11,045 nucleotides of DNA from an uncultured Deinococcales bacterium. GTDB lineage: Bacteria; Deinococcota; Deinococci; Deinococcales; JAAFIG01. Below, piece by piece: positions 1 to 8,087 of the stretch. The stretch spans positions 1 to 11,045 of the forward strand of contig CAXTTL010000164.1 in assembly GCA_964247135.1 (NCBI GenBank), read 5' to 3'. The notes under the pieces were generated by a model. The model ran no database searches and was not told the DNA's origin. It saw only the letters and a list, made by a program, of their open reading frames with translations. Every line of letters begins with the position of its first letter. Position 1 is the stretch's first letter. A program made the position numbers and the translations under genes.

Positions 1-334
1 CAACCGCGCAGAGCAAACCGGCAACAATCGTGGCGGGCAAAAACCCCAAATTGTAACCAGCCAGAAAACCAGGCAAATCGGGCAGGTAAGCCAGTTTTTT
101 GGAAACACTGAGCGTCAAAATGCCGCTCGAGTACGCGCCAAGTGCCATAAAGCCAACATGCCCGAGCGAAAACACGCCCGTAAAACCGTTTGAAAGCCCA
201 AGGCTGGCGACGAGGATGATATTGATACCCATGACGATCAGGACACGAACGAGGTATTGCGGCAACATATTCGGCACCAACAAGGTGAACGTTGCGAGCA
301 AGCCAAGCGCGATGATGAGCCTCGAGTATTTCAC
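1..334 (-). CDS. livM: Branched-chain amino acid ABC transporter permease, LivM type (3'-truncated by window edge)
   Basis: Not in the ORF track. Manual translation from GTG at 334 gives MKYSRLIIALGLLATFTLLVPNMLPQYLVRVLIVMGINIILVASLGLSNGFTGVFSLGHVGFMALGAYSSGIL..., open to position 1. It has the LivM-type G(F/Y)TGxxSLGHxxFxxxGAY motif, a GTGA overlap with the livH stop, and AAGAGG upstream. Confidence 0.9.
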   Translation of the reverse strand, partial: MKYSRLIIALGLLATFTLLVPNMLPQYLVRVLIVMGINIILVASLGLSNGFTGVFSLGHVGFMALGAYSSGILTLSVSKKLAYLPDLPGFLAGYNLGFLPATIVAGLLCAV

Positions 335-1236
335 AGTTTGACCTCTTGTTTGACGCCGACAATGCCACCAGGTCTAAACAGCAAAAACGCGATCAGCAGC
401 GTGAAGACAATCGCGTCGCGGTACGCGCCCAAACCCCATTCGCTCGGCAAACTCTGGATCAAAACCTCGAGCGCCCCGAGCACAAAACCGCCAATGATGG
501 CGCCTGGAATGCTGCCGAAGCCACCGATGATGGCAGCGACAAAAGCCTTTAATAGCGGCGTGAAACCCATGTGCGGTTCGACCACGCCCGCCTGCGCCGC
601 CCAGAGCACGCCAGCCAACCCTGCGAAGCTGGACGCCATGACAAACGCCACGACAATCACCGTGTTGACGTTGATGCCGACCAGATAACTGGCGGTCAAA
701 TCCTCGGCGGCGGCTCGCATTCCAAGCCCAACTTGGGTGTTGCGCACAAACCATGCCAGAAACAACAGTGCTGCCAGGGTCAAGCCAAAGGTCAAAAGAT
801 TGATGCTGGTAAAAGAGATTCTTCCGTCTGCCAGGTTAAACGAAGCGCCAAGCCAGTCAGGAAGCGGAAAATTCCGTGGACTCGAGGTAAAAATTAAAAT
901 GCCCAGATTCTCGAGGATGTAGGTGAGCGCCACGCTGGTCAGCAGCATGGTGACATCTGGAGCGCCGCGCACCGGACGGTAGGCGACCCGTTCGATGATG
1001 ATGCCCACCAAAGCCGAAATGACGATGCCGAGCAAGACCGCCAGCAAAAACGGAACGCCCGCCATCTCGAGCACCAAGGTCCCGAAGGCGCCAACCATCA
1101 TCATGTCACCGTGGGCAAAGTTGGTTAAGCGCAAAAGCGAAAAAATGATCGACAATCCGACTGCCACCAGCGCAAACATGCTGCCTTGGCTGACGGCGTT
1201 GATGATTTGTTGCAAACTGTACTCGAGGATGTTCAT
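331..1236 (-). CDS. livH: Branched-chain amino acid ABC transporter permease, LivH type
   Basis: 301 aa, hydrophobic. Motifs QQIINAVSQGSMFALVAVGLS, NFAHGD, IERVAYRP, GMRAAAED, KAFVAAIIGGFGSIPGA, RPGGIVG. ATGA overlap with livF. Confidence 0.93.
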   Translation of the reverse strand: MNILEYSLQQIINAVSQGSMFALVAVGLSIIFSLLRLTNFAHGDMMMVGAFGTLVLEMAGVPFLLAVLLGIVISALVGIIIERVAYRPVRGAPDVTMLLTSVALTYILENLGILIFTSSPRNFPLPDWLGASFNLADGRISFTSINLLTFGLTLAALLFLAWFVRNTQVGLGMRAAAEDLTASYLVGINVNTVIVVAFVMASSFAGLAGVLWAAQAGVVEPHMGFTPLLKAFVAAIIGGFGSIPGAIIGGFVLGALEVLIQSLPSEWGLGAYRDAIVFTLLIAFLLFRPGGIVGVKQEVKL

Positions 1237-1979
1237 GCCGCCCTCGCGTCAAGTTCAATTGCGCCACCCAAATAGGCTTGCGCGACGCGTTCGGAATTGG
1301 CGCGAAGTTCACTGGCGCTGCCCTCGAGCACGATTTCGCCGGTGCGGAGCACGTAAGCACGGTCTGCCAAGTTCAGGGCGATGTTAACGTTTTGTTCGAC
1401 CAGCAAAATGGTCGTGCCAGACTTTTTAAGTTCCGCCAGGGTCGCAAAAATTTGGCGAACGATCAGCGGCGCAATTCCGAGGCTGGGTTCGTCGAGCAGC
1501 AGCATTTTCGGGCGATTCATCAAAGCCCTCGTCAGCGCCAGCATTTGTTGTTCTCCACCCGAAAGCGTGCCAGCGGTTTGGGTTTTTCGCTCCGATAAAA
1601 TCGGGAACATGTCAAACATCCGATCAACGTCAGATTGAATGTTTTCTTTATCAACCCGTTGACTCGCGCCCAACCGCAGGTTCTCGAGCACGGTCATGCC
1701 TGGAAACACCCGCCGTCCTTCTGGAGTGTGCGAGATGCCCAATGCCACAATTTGAGTTGGGTTGAGTTTCGAGATGGGTTGGTTGGCGTAACTGATGCTG
1801 CCCGATTTAGCTTTGACCAACCCCGAAATGGCACGTAAGGTCGTACTTTTTCCCGCGCCGTTCGCCCCCAAAAGCGCCACCACCTCGCCAGATTTTACCT
1901 CGAGCGAAACATTTTTGAGCGCCCGAACCGCGCCGTAATTGACCTCGAGCTGCCCGAGTTTGAGAAGCGTTTCACTCAT
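1233..1979 (-). CDS. livF: Branched-chain amino acid ABC transporter ATP-binding protein, LivF type
   Basis: Walker A GANGAGKST, PEGRRVF, signature LSGGEQQML, Walker B LLLDEPSLG, VEQN switch typical of LivF. ATGA overlap with livG. Confidence 0.94.
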   Translation of the reverse strand: MSETLLKLGQLEVNYGAVRALKNVSLEVKSGEVVALLGANGAGKSTTLRAISGLVKAKSGSISYANQPISKLNPTQIVALGISHTPEGRRVFPGMTVLENLRLGASQRVDKENIQSDVDRMFDMFPILSERKTQTAGTLSGGEQQMLALTRALMNRPKMLLLDEPSLGIAPLIVRQIFATLAELKKSGTTILLVEQNVNIALNLADRAYVLRTGEIVLEGSASELRANSERVAQAYLGGAIELDARAA

Positions 1980-2755
1980 GCGGCTGCCTCTTCGCTGGCG
2001 CCCAAATACGCCTCGCGCACGCTCGGGTTGGCTTGCACCTCGAGCGGTGAACCTTGAGAGATGGTGTTGCCATACGCCAGCACCTGAATGCGTTCGCAGA
2101 GGTTCATGATCAAGTCCATGTCGTGTTCAATCACAATCACCGCAACTTGATAATGGTCGCGGATTTGGCGAATCAACTCGAGCAGCGCCCTCGTTTCGCT
2201 CGAATCCAGACCGGCGGCGGGTTCGTCGAGCATCAATAATTTTGGTCGTGTGGCGAGCGCCCTGGCGATTTCGAGGCGGCGTTGATCGCCGTAAGGCAGA
2301 CTGCCCGCTTTGTCGTGAAGTCGAGTCTCGAGGTTCACCAATTTTAGCACCTCGAGGGCGGTGGCATCGATGGCGCGACTTTGCGCGTTCATACCGCCAA
2401 ACAGGGCTTGCGCCAGGTTGATTGGATGACGAAGTTGGGCACTGACACGGAGATTCTCGAGCACGGACAGTTCTTTAAAAAGGCGCGTACCTTGAAAAGT
2501 TCGGGCAATTCCCAACCTGGCGATTTTGGCGGGTTCCAAACCACCAATCTCTGTCCCCAAAAGTTTGACGCTGCCCGAAGTGGGCGCAATAAAGCCGCTG
2601 ATGACGTTAAACAACGTACTTTTGCCGCTGCCGTTCGGACCGATCACACCGATCAACTCGCCAGCTTGGACCCGTATCGAATGGTTTTGCAGGGCGACCA
2701 GCCCTTTGAAGGCTTTGGTGAGGTTGTTCGTCTCGAGCAATGGTGCGCTTGGCAT
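1976..2755 (-). CDS. livG: Branched-chain amino acid ABC transporter ATP-binding protein, LivG type
   Basis: GPNGSGKST, GIARTFQ, LPYGDQRRLEIARALA, LDEPAAG, IEHDM, VREAYLG. The ATG at 2755 is preferred over the GTG at 2770 because a TGnTATATT box lies 5 nt before it. Confidence 0.92.
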   Translation of the reverse strand: MPSAPLLETNNLTKAFKGLVALQNHSIRVQAGELIGVIGPNGSGKSTLFNVISGFIAPTSGSVKLLGTEIGGLEPAKIARLGIARTFQGTRLFKELSVLENLRVSAQLRHPINLAQALFGGMNAQSRAIDATALEVLKLVNLETRLHDKAGSLPYGDQRRLEIARALATRPKLLMLDEPAAGLDSSETRALLELIRQIRDHYQVAVIVIEHDMDLIMNLCERIQVLAYGNTISQGSPLEVQANPSVREAYLGASEEAAA

Positions 2756-2760
2756 TGGTG

Positions 2761-2769
2761 AATATATCA
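2761..2769 (-). promoter_or_regulatory. Putative extended -10 box of a leaderless livG transcript
   Basis: Minus strand TG-A-TATATT-CACCA-ATG, with no clear Shine-Dalgarno before the ATG. Confidence 0.5.
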
Positions 2770-2910
2770 CTTTCTGGCACCAGGAGTGACTGCCATTTTG
2801 GATACGCCCTCGAGCCTCGAAAAAGACGTGGACATCACGCTCGAGCCTGTGTTATGCGGAATTAACGAGAACACTCCGTTATTCCGTACTTTTGCCACTC
2901 CCGTTGGTCG

Positions 2911-2942
2911 GGGGAACAGTCGATAAAGCATGACTGTTCCCC
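2911..2942. repeat. Perfect 11-bp inverted repeat (hairpin) between the kinase and livG
   Basis: GGGGAACAGTC, 10-nt loop, GACTGTTCCCC. There is no U-tract on either side. Confidence 0.75.
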
Positions 2943-3050
2943 GCAATTCGGTACTAGATTCTTTCACAATCTCGAACCTAAGCTTAAATTGCACGCAACA
3001 TGAGGCGCTTGGCAATCATCAATACCAAGGAAGTGCTTTGCGCAAAGTGT

Positions 3051-4553
3051 TCAAGTATTTTTGACTTTCTCGAGTTTTTCTATCAGGCGAATTTCGGTTT
3101 GATTGGTACGCCACGGCAAAAGGACATCGATTGTTGTCCCGACACCAACCTCGCTAGCGATCACAACCTGCCCTTTGTGCGCCTCGACGATCCATTTGAC
3201 GATGCTCAAACCCAGACCGCTGCCGCCCATTTGCCTGTCCCTGGCGGTATCGACGCGGTAAAAACGGTCAAACAGGCGCTCGAGGTGTTCCTGGGCAATG
3301 CCTGGTCCGTTGTCTTTGATTCGCAAGCGAATGCGTTTCTCGAGCGGCTCTTTGATGACCGCCACCAAAATATGGCTCGCGCCAGCCTTGAGGGCATTTT
3401 GCACCAGATTGCGAATCACCTGACGAATCCGGTTGGGGTCAACGAAGGCTTTGATTTCTCGGTCGCCCTCAATTTCGATTTCGGTGTCTCCAGCGATGGC
3501 AACAATCTCGAGGTGAACATCTTCGGCAAGTCCGACCAGACTGGTTTCGACTGGCTCGAGCGGAAAACCCGCGTCGGCTCGAGCCAAATCCAGAAGGTCA
3601 CCGATCAATTTCCCGAGACGCACCGACAGTGTGGTGATTGCCTCGAGCGACTCTCTTTGCTGGTCGGTTGGGTTGGTGCGCCGCAGCAAGTAACTGGCAT
3701 GACCACCGATTGCCGTGACCGGCGTGCGAAGCTCATGGCTGGCGTCGGCGGTAAAGCGGCGCTGGGTTTCAAAGCTGTGCTCGAGCGACTCGAGCATCCC
3801 GTTCAAGGTGTGCGCCAGGTCTTGCACCTCGTCGTTGGTGCCTGGTTCTGGAACCCGCCGCGAGAGGTTCGAGATGCTGACTGAACTGGCGGCATCGCGT
3901 ACCGCACGAATTGGCTCGAGCGCACTGCCCGCCAGAGAATACGAACCGATGGCAGCCAGACCCGCACCCGCCAAGGTCACGATCAGCAAGGTGCGTTGCA
4001 GGGTTGCCAGCAATTCATCGTTGGTACTTGGGTCCCTGGCAACAAAAATGACATTGGTAATTTTGGTTCCACCGTTCGCAGCCAAAACGTCTGGTTCGAT
4101 CAGGGCGCGAACTTCGACAGGTTTTGGCTGTTCAAGAGATAAAAAACCGCGCCCAGCAAATTCTCGGTTTCTCAGCAAAGCCGCATAATCATCATCACCC
4201 AAACGAATCTCTGCACCCAATTGCTCGAGGGTTGGGTTCGGATACGATGTGGGTTGAAGCGATGAAAATGACTGTATATCGATGGCGTCAGGTGTACCGT
4301 AAAACCGTAAAACAACTGCGAAAGTCTCTTGAGAAATACTCGACCAGTCATTCGTCAAACCGTTGCTGATCGGATGGCGTTCTTCATTGGCTTGGTTTAA
4401 ACGCCGTATTTGCTCGAGGTTGGAGTTCAAATCCGACTCGAGGTTTTGACGGATGTTGCTGCTGATCTGCGAATAGACCGCCACAAAGACGCCCGTCAAC
4501 AGCAGGGCAATCAGGGCGGTGTAAAGCAATGTCAAACGCCAACGCAGTGTCAA
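3051..4553 (-). CDS. Membrane-bound two-component sensor histidine kinase (2 TM, extracytoplasmic domain, HAMP, HisKA, HATPase)
   Basis: 500 aa from TTG with GAGGTG upstream. H-box FTADASHELRTP, N-box NLVQNALK, G1 DNGPGI, F-box LFDRFYR, G2 GGSGLGLSIV. Two hydrophobic segments near aa 7-27 and aa 189-208. Confidence 0.95.
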   Translation of the reverse strand: MTLRWRLTLLYTALIALLLTGVFVAVYSQISSNIRQNLESDLNSNLEQIRRLNQANEERHPISNGLTNDWSSISQETFAVVLRFYGTPDAIDIQSFSSLQPTSYPNPTLEQLGAEIRLGDDDYAALLRNREFAGRGFLSLEQPKPVEVRALIEPDVLAANGGTKITNVIFVARDPSTNDELLATLQRTLLIVTLAGAGLAAIGSYSLAGSALEPIRAVRDAASSVSISNLSRRVPEPGTNDEVQDLAHTLNGMLESLEHSFETQRRFTADASHELRTPVTAIGGHASYLLRRTNPTDQQRESLEAITTLSVRLGKLIGDLLDLARADAGFPLEPVETSLVGLAEDVHLEIVAIAGDTEIEIEGDREIKAFVDPNRIRQVIRNLVQNALKAGASHILVAVIKEPLEKRIRLRIKDNGPGIAQEHLERLFDRFYRVDTARDRQMGGSGLGLSIVKWIVEAHKGQVVIASEVGVGTTIDVLLPWRTNQTEIRLIEKLEKVKNT

Positions 4554-4605
4554 AACGCACCTCGAGTGCTGAGATTGCGGGTTCTACACTTTTTTCCACT
4601 TCGCT

Positions 4606-4649
4606 TCTTGACCATAAAATGCACCTGTCTTGACCCTAAAGATGCACCT
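4606..4649. repeat. Tandem imperfect 21/22-bp direct repeat upstream of the kinase
   Basis: TCTTGACCATAAA-ATGCACCT (4606-4626) and TCTTGACCCTAAAGATGCACCT (4628-4649). Confidence 0.8.
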
Positions 4650-4771
4650 AGCGGGCTGGGTCGCTTCGGGCATGGTCGCTCCAAAAAGTTCCAAACCCTT
4701 CATCTCAACACCATTCCCTGCTCGCCTAGCTCGGAAAGTGCTGCGCACTTTCGGGAATTTTGCCAATTTCA

Positions 4772-4797
4772 ATCATAAAGGGCGGTCAAGCCGCCCT
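4772..4797 (-). terminator. Probable weak intrinsic terminator after the response regulator
   Basis: Minus strand AGGGCGG-CTTGA-CCGCCCT followed by TTATGAT, about 22 nt after the stop codon. Confidence 0.55.
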
Positions 4798-4819
4798 CCA
4801 AACCATTCCTCGAGATTGA

Positions 4820-5497
4820 TCACTCCTCGCGCAAGACATAACCGACACCGCGCACGGTGTGAATCAGACGGCGTTCGCCGCCCTCCTCAAGTTTGCGGCG
4901 CAAGTACCCGATGTAGACATCCACGACGTTGCTGCCGCCGGTGTATTCGGGCCAAACCTTCTCTTCAATTTCAAACCTCGAGAAGACCTTGCCTGGGTTG
5001 CGTGCCAGCAACTCGAGCAGCTCGAATTCTTTCGCTGAGAGTTCGACGCGGCGTCCGCCCCTGAAGACTTCGCGTCCGTCGAGGTTCATGACCAGATCGG
5101 CGACGCGAACCTCGCCGGTCACGGCTGGGTTGACGCGGCGCAAATGGGCGCGAACCCGAGCCAACAGTTCTTCGATGGAGAACGGCTTGACCAAATAATC
5201 GTCCGCTCCGGCATCAAGTCCTTCGACCTTGTCGCTGATCGCGTCTTTGGCGGTCAGAATGACGATTGGCGTGTTCGAGGTTTTACGAACCCGACGTGCA
5301 ACTTCAAGTCCGTCGAGCACGGGCAGCATCAGGTCGAGGATCAGCAGGTCGGGGTTGACTTCTCTAAATTTTGAAAGCCCTGTGACCCCGTCAAATGCCA
5401 CTTCGGTCTCATATCCTTCAGCATTCAGCTCGAGTTCGATAAATCGGGCAATGTCTTTTTCGTCTTCGACGACCAGCACCAATGGTTTGCGTTCCAT
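4820..5497 (-). CDS. OmpR/PhoB-family DNA-binding response regulator (225 aa)
   Basis: Receiver domain VLVVEDE...ILDLMLP...LTAKD...[10 protein letters not shown], winged helix LSAKEFELL...[15 protein letters not shown]...IHTVRGVGY. Start moved to the ATG at 5497 (MERKPL), which has TATAAT 6 nt upstream. Confidence 0.96.
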   Translation of the reverse strand: MERKPLVLVVEDEKDIARFIELELNAEGYETEVAFDGVTGLSKFREVNPDLLILDLMLPVLDGLEVARRVRKTSNTPIVILTAKDAISDKVEGLDAGADDYLVKPFSIEELLARVRAHLRRVNPAVTGEVRVADLVMNLDGREVFRGGRRVELSAKEFELLELLARNPGKVFSRFEIEEKVWPEYTGGSNVVDVYIGYLRRKLEEGGERRLIHTVRGVGYVLREE

Positions 5498-5503
5498 GAC
5501 CGC

Positions 5504-5509
5504 ATTATA
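5504..5509 (-). promoter_or_regulatory. -10 box of a leaderless response-regulator transcript
   Basis: Perfect TATAAT-GCGGTC-ATG with no SD sequence. Confidence 0.72.
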
Positions 5510-5644
5510 TGAGAACAATCATGAGAGCCAGACCATTCATCACATGAGAAGTTTCTTCGTGCCTAACAATCAATATTTGATAAAGGTTTCAAAAGCCTGT
5601 CTCAGAAAGGATTCATGATTAAAGTCCCGTCATCTTTCGTGTTT

Positions 5645-6538
5645 TCAAATCCCCAACAATGCCCGAGCCGCCGTTTTATCAAGCTCGAGTTGGTCTTTTA
5701 AGGCGTCCAGCCCAGCAAATTTTTGTTCGCTGCGCAGTCGATCTAAAAAATCCACACGAACTTCAAGACCGTACAGATCGCCAGAAAAATCAAAAACAAA
5801 AACTTCGAGCGATTCGGTCATGCCATTCACGGTTGGACGCGTTCCGACGTTCGCCATGCCGCCCCGAAGCACACCGTCCGGCGTCTCGAGTTGGACCGCA
5901 AAAACTCCAGGTGGCAGAATTTTACCGTTTGAGACGGCGATGTTGGCTGTCGGAAAACCAATCGTGCGACCCAATTGTTTGCCAGTCACCACCACGCCGC
6001 GTGCGCTGAACGGTCTCCCCAGAAACGCCCGCGCCGCCTTGACGTCCCCAAGCTCGAGCAGCCCCCTGATCTTGGAGGCTTTGACCACCTCGCCAGAAAA
6101 TTTGAGTTGCTCGAGGGCGATCAATTCTGTGGTGATCTGACGTAAATCTTCCAAACCACCACTTCTATGCTGTCCAAAACGAAAATCATTGCCGACCACA
6201 ATGGCTTTAGGCTCGAGGACCCGCAAATCCTCGAGAAAAGCCTCTTTGCTGCGCTGAGAAAACTGAATCGTGAACGGAACCGTCACCACTTCATCGACAC
6301 CGTAATGTTCGAGAATTTTGAGTTTTTCCGCCAGCGTGTAGAGGTATTTTGAACCCTCGAGCAAGACCCGCGTCGGCTGGTCAAAGGTATAGACCACGCT
6401 TGGGACGTGATGCTCGAGCGCCAAAGACTTTTGACGCGCCAACAAAGCCTGATGCCCAAGGTGCAAACCATCAAATGAACCGATGGCGAGAATGCTGGGC
6501 GTGTGGGGACGGTCGAGGGGATTTTGGTAAACGAGCAT
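5645..6538 (-). CDS. ribF: Bifunctional riboflavin kinase / FAD synthetase
   Basis: IGSFDGLHLGHQ (HxGH), VGNDFRFG, GRTIGFPTAN, GMANVGTRPT, FDFSGDLYG, LRSEQKF. Confidence 0.96.
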   Translation of the reverse strand: MLVYQNPLDRPHTPSILAIGSFDGLHLGHQALLARQKSLALEHHVPSVVYTFDQPTRVLLEGSKYLYTLAEKLKILEHYGVDEVVTVPFTIQFSQRSKEAFLEDLRVLEPKAIVVGNDFRFGQHRSGGLEDLRQITTELIALEQLKFSGEVVKASKIRGLLELGDVKAARAFLGRPFSARGVVVTGKQLGRTIGFPTANIAVSNGKILPPGVFAVQLETPDGVLRGGMANVGTRPTVNGMTESLEVFVFDFSGDLYGLEVRVDFLDRLRSEQKFAGLDALKDQLELDKTAARALLGI

Positions 6539-6579
6539 AAACCATTAAAACCTGTAGGCTTAAAATCAAGTGTCCTGAT

Positions 6580-6601
6580 GGTTCAGCTTCGGTTCAGCTT
6601 C
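6580..6601. repeat. Perfect 11-bp tandem direct repeat upstream of ribF
   Basis: GGTTCAGCTTC GGTTCAGCTTC, overlapping the 10-bp palindrome GCTTCGAAGC (6597-6606). Confidence 0.8.
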
Positions 6602-6692
6602 GAAGCAAATACTCGGTGGCAACCAGGTGTCCCCCACCCTGGTGACAAAGCTCGAGCGGATCAACCATTTTACTTCATTCGCTCGAGCCTTT

Positions 6693-8015
6693 TTACAATC
6701 TTGGCATTTTCCCGCCAAACAAATTCGCCAAACCGCGACCTTTTGCGCCTTTCATCATGCGCATCATGTCTTTCATCTGCTCGTGCATTTTGACCAGGCG
6801 GTTCAGTTCTTGCACGGTCACACCCGAACCCGTGGCGATCCGGCGGCGGCGCTGCCCATCGATCACTTTCGGATTGCGGCGCTCGCGTAAGGTCATGCTC
6901 GAGATCATGGCTTCAATGCGTTTGAACTGCTTTTCGTCCACGTTGACATCGTCGGGCAGCGCCCGCGAAAGCCCTGGAATCATTTTGACGATGTCACCTA
7001 TCGAACCCATGCGCTGAATGGATTTGAGTTGCTCAAGCAAATCTTCAAAATCAAAATCGCCCGGTTTTTTCGGCGCGAAGGCTTTGATGTCGGCTTGCTG
7101 GGCGCGTTCAATCAGGGTTAAAACGTCACCCATGCCCAGAATTCGCTGCGCGATGCGGTCAGGATAAAACGGCTCGAGTCCAGCAATTTTTTCCGAGACG
7201 CCAGCGAAGACAATCGGTTTGCCAGTCACGCTTCGCGCCGAAAGTGCCGCGCCACCTCGAGCGTCACCGTCGAGTTTGGTCATGATTAAGCCCGAAACGC
7301 CGATGCGTTCATCAAAGGCTTTGGAAACATTCAATGCCTCCTGACCGGTCATGGCATCGACCACCAGGAAAGTCTCAGATGGGGCAAGTTGCCCCTTGAG
7401 GTCTGCCAGGGCGTCCATCAGGCTCTCGTCAATCTGAAGACGCCCTGCGGTGTCCACAATCACCAAATCGTGATAGTTGGTTTTCAGGTACGCCTCGAGT
7501 TTGGACTTGGTGAGGCTCGGCAGTTCGTTATCGCCAACCTCGAGCACGGGCACGCCGACCTGCTGACCCAAAATCCTCAGTTGCTCTCGAGCGGCGGGGC
7601 GTTGCGTGTCGGCGGCAATCAACAGCGGTCGGCGACCCTTGGATTTGTACATGGCGGCAAGCTTGCCCGTGGTGGTGGTTTTACCCGCGCCCTGCAAACC
7701 GACCATGAACCAGACGTTGCCCTCCTGTTTTAAAACAGGTTGTTGCGCCTGACCGCCGAGCGTTTCGACCAGTTCGTCGTAAACGATTTTGACCACTTGC
7801 TGCCCAGGGGTAAGTGAACTTAAAACCTCTTCGCCGATGGCTTTTTCCTGCACCTTGGCAACGAAATCTTTTGCCACCACAAAATTGACATCCGCCTCGA
7901 GCAATGCCACCCGAACCTCGCGCAAGGCGGTCTTGACATCGTTTTCGTTCAGTTTGCCGCGACCGCGAAGACCTTCAAAAATATCCTGGAGTTTTTTGCC
8001 TAAAGAATCAAACAT
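6693..8015 (-). CDS. ffh: Signal recognition particle protein Ffh (440 aa)
   Basis: True start MFDSLGKKL at 8015. Motifs [50 protein letters not shown], and a Met-rich M domain (SMTLRER). Confidence 0.98.
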   Translation of the reverse strand: MFDSLGKKLQDIFEGLRGRGKLNENDVKTALREVRVALLEADVNFVVAKDFVAKVQEKAIGEEVLSSLTPGQQVVKIVYDELVETLGGQAQQPVLKQEGNVWFMVGLQGAGKTTTTGKLAAMYKSKGRRPLLIAADTQRPAAREQLRILGQQVGVPVLEVGDNELPSLTKSKLEAYLKTNYHDLVIVDTAGRLQIDESLMDALADLKGQLAPSETFLVVDAMTGQEALNVSKAFDERIGVSGLIMTKLDGDARGGAALSARSVTGKPIVFAGVSEKIAGLEPFYPDRIAQRILGMGDVLTLIERAQQADIKAFAPKKPGDFDFEDLLEQLKSIQRMGSIGDIVKMIPGLSRALPDDVNVDEKQFKRIEAMISSMTLRERRNPKVIDGQRRRRIATGSGVTVQELNRLVKMHEQMKDMMRMMKGAKGRGLANLFGGKMPRL

Positions 8016-8021
8016 GTTTTT

Positions 8022-8027
8022 ATTGTA
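8022..8027 (-). promoter_or_regulatory. -10 box of a leaderless ffh transcript
   Basis: TACAAT-AAAAAC-ATG (6-nt spacer) with no SD sequence. Confidence 0.68.
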
Positions 8028-8087
8028 CCGTGCCGACAAACTGCCGAAAGTGAAATCTGGTGATGTTTGTATCCTTAATGCTCGAGA

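Noticed and set aside
2767-3015. 82-aa minus-strand ORF upstream of livG as a leader peptide
   Set aside because: TTG start, no SD, no Leu/Ile/Val codon run, and no recognisable protein features.
3000-3884. 294-aa plus-strand ORF
   Set aside because: Antisense to the conserved kinase domains, with no recognisable motifs. A typical shadow ORF.
4584-4772. 62-aa minus-strand ORF between regulator and kinase
   Set aside because: TTG start without a clear SD and no motif. It runs through hairpins and a tandem repeat better explained as non-coding signals.
5791-5810. RibF kinase motif reads LEVFVFDF instead of the usual ExH
   Set aside because: The catalytic Glu and PTAN motif are intact. A single substitution is too weak to claim altered function without an alignment.
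6539-6692. Possible SRP RNA (ffs) next to ffh or FMN riboswitch before ribF
   Set aside because: No SRP helix-8 CAGG..GNRA..AGCAG motif and no FMN aptamer GGGTGAAAnTCCCnACCGGCGG consensus on either strand.
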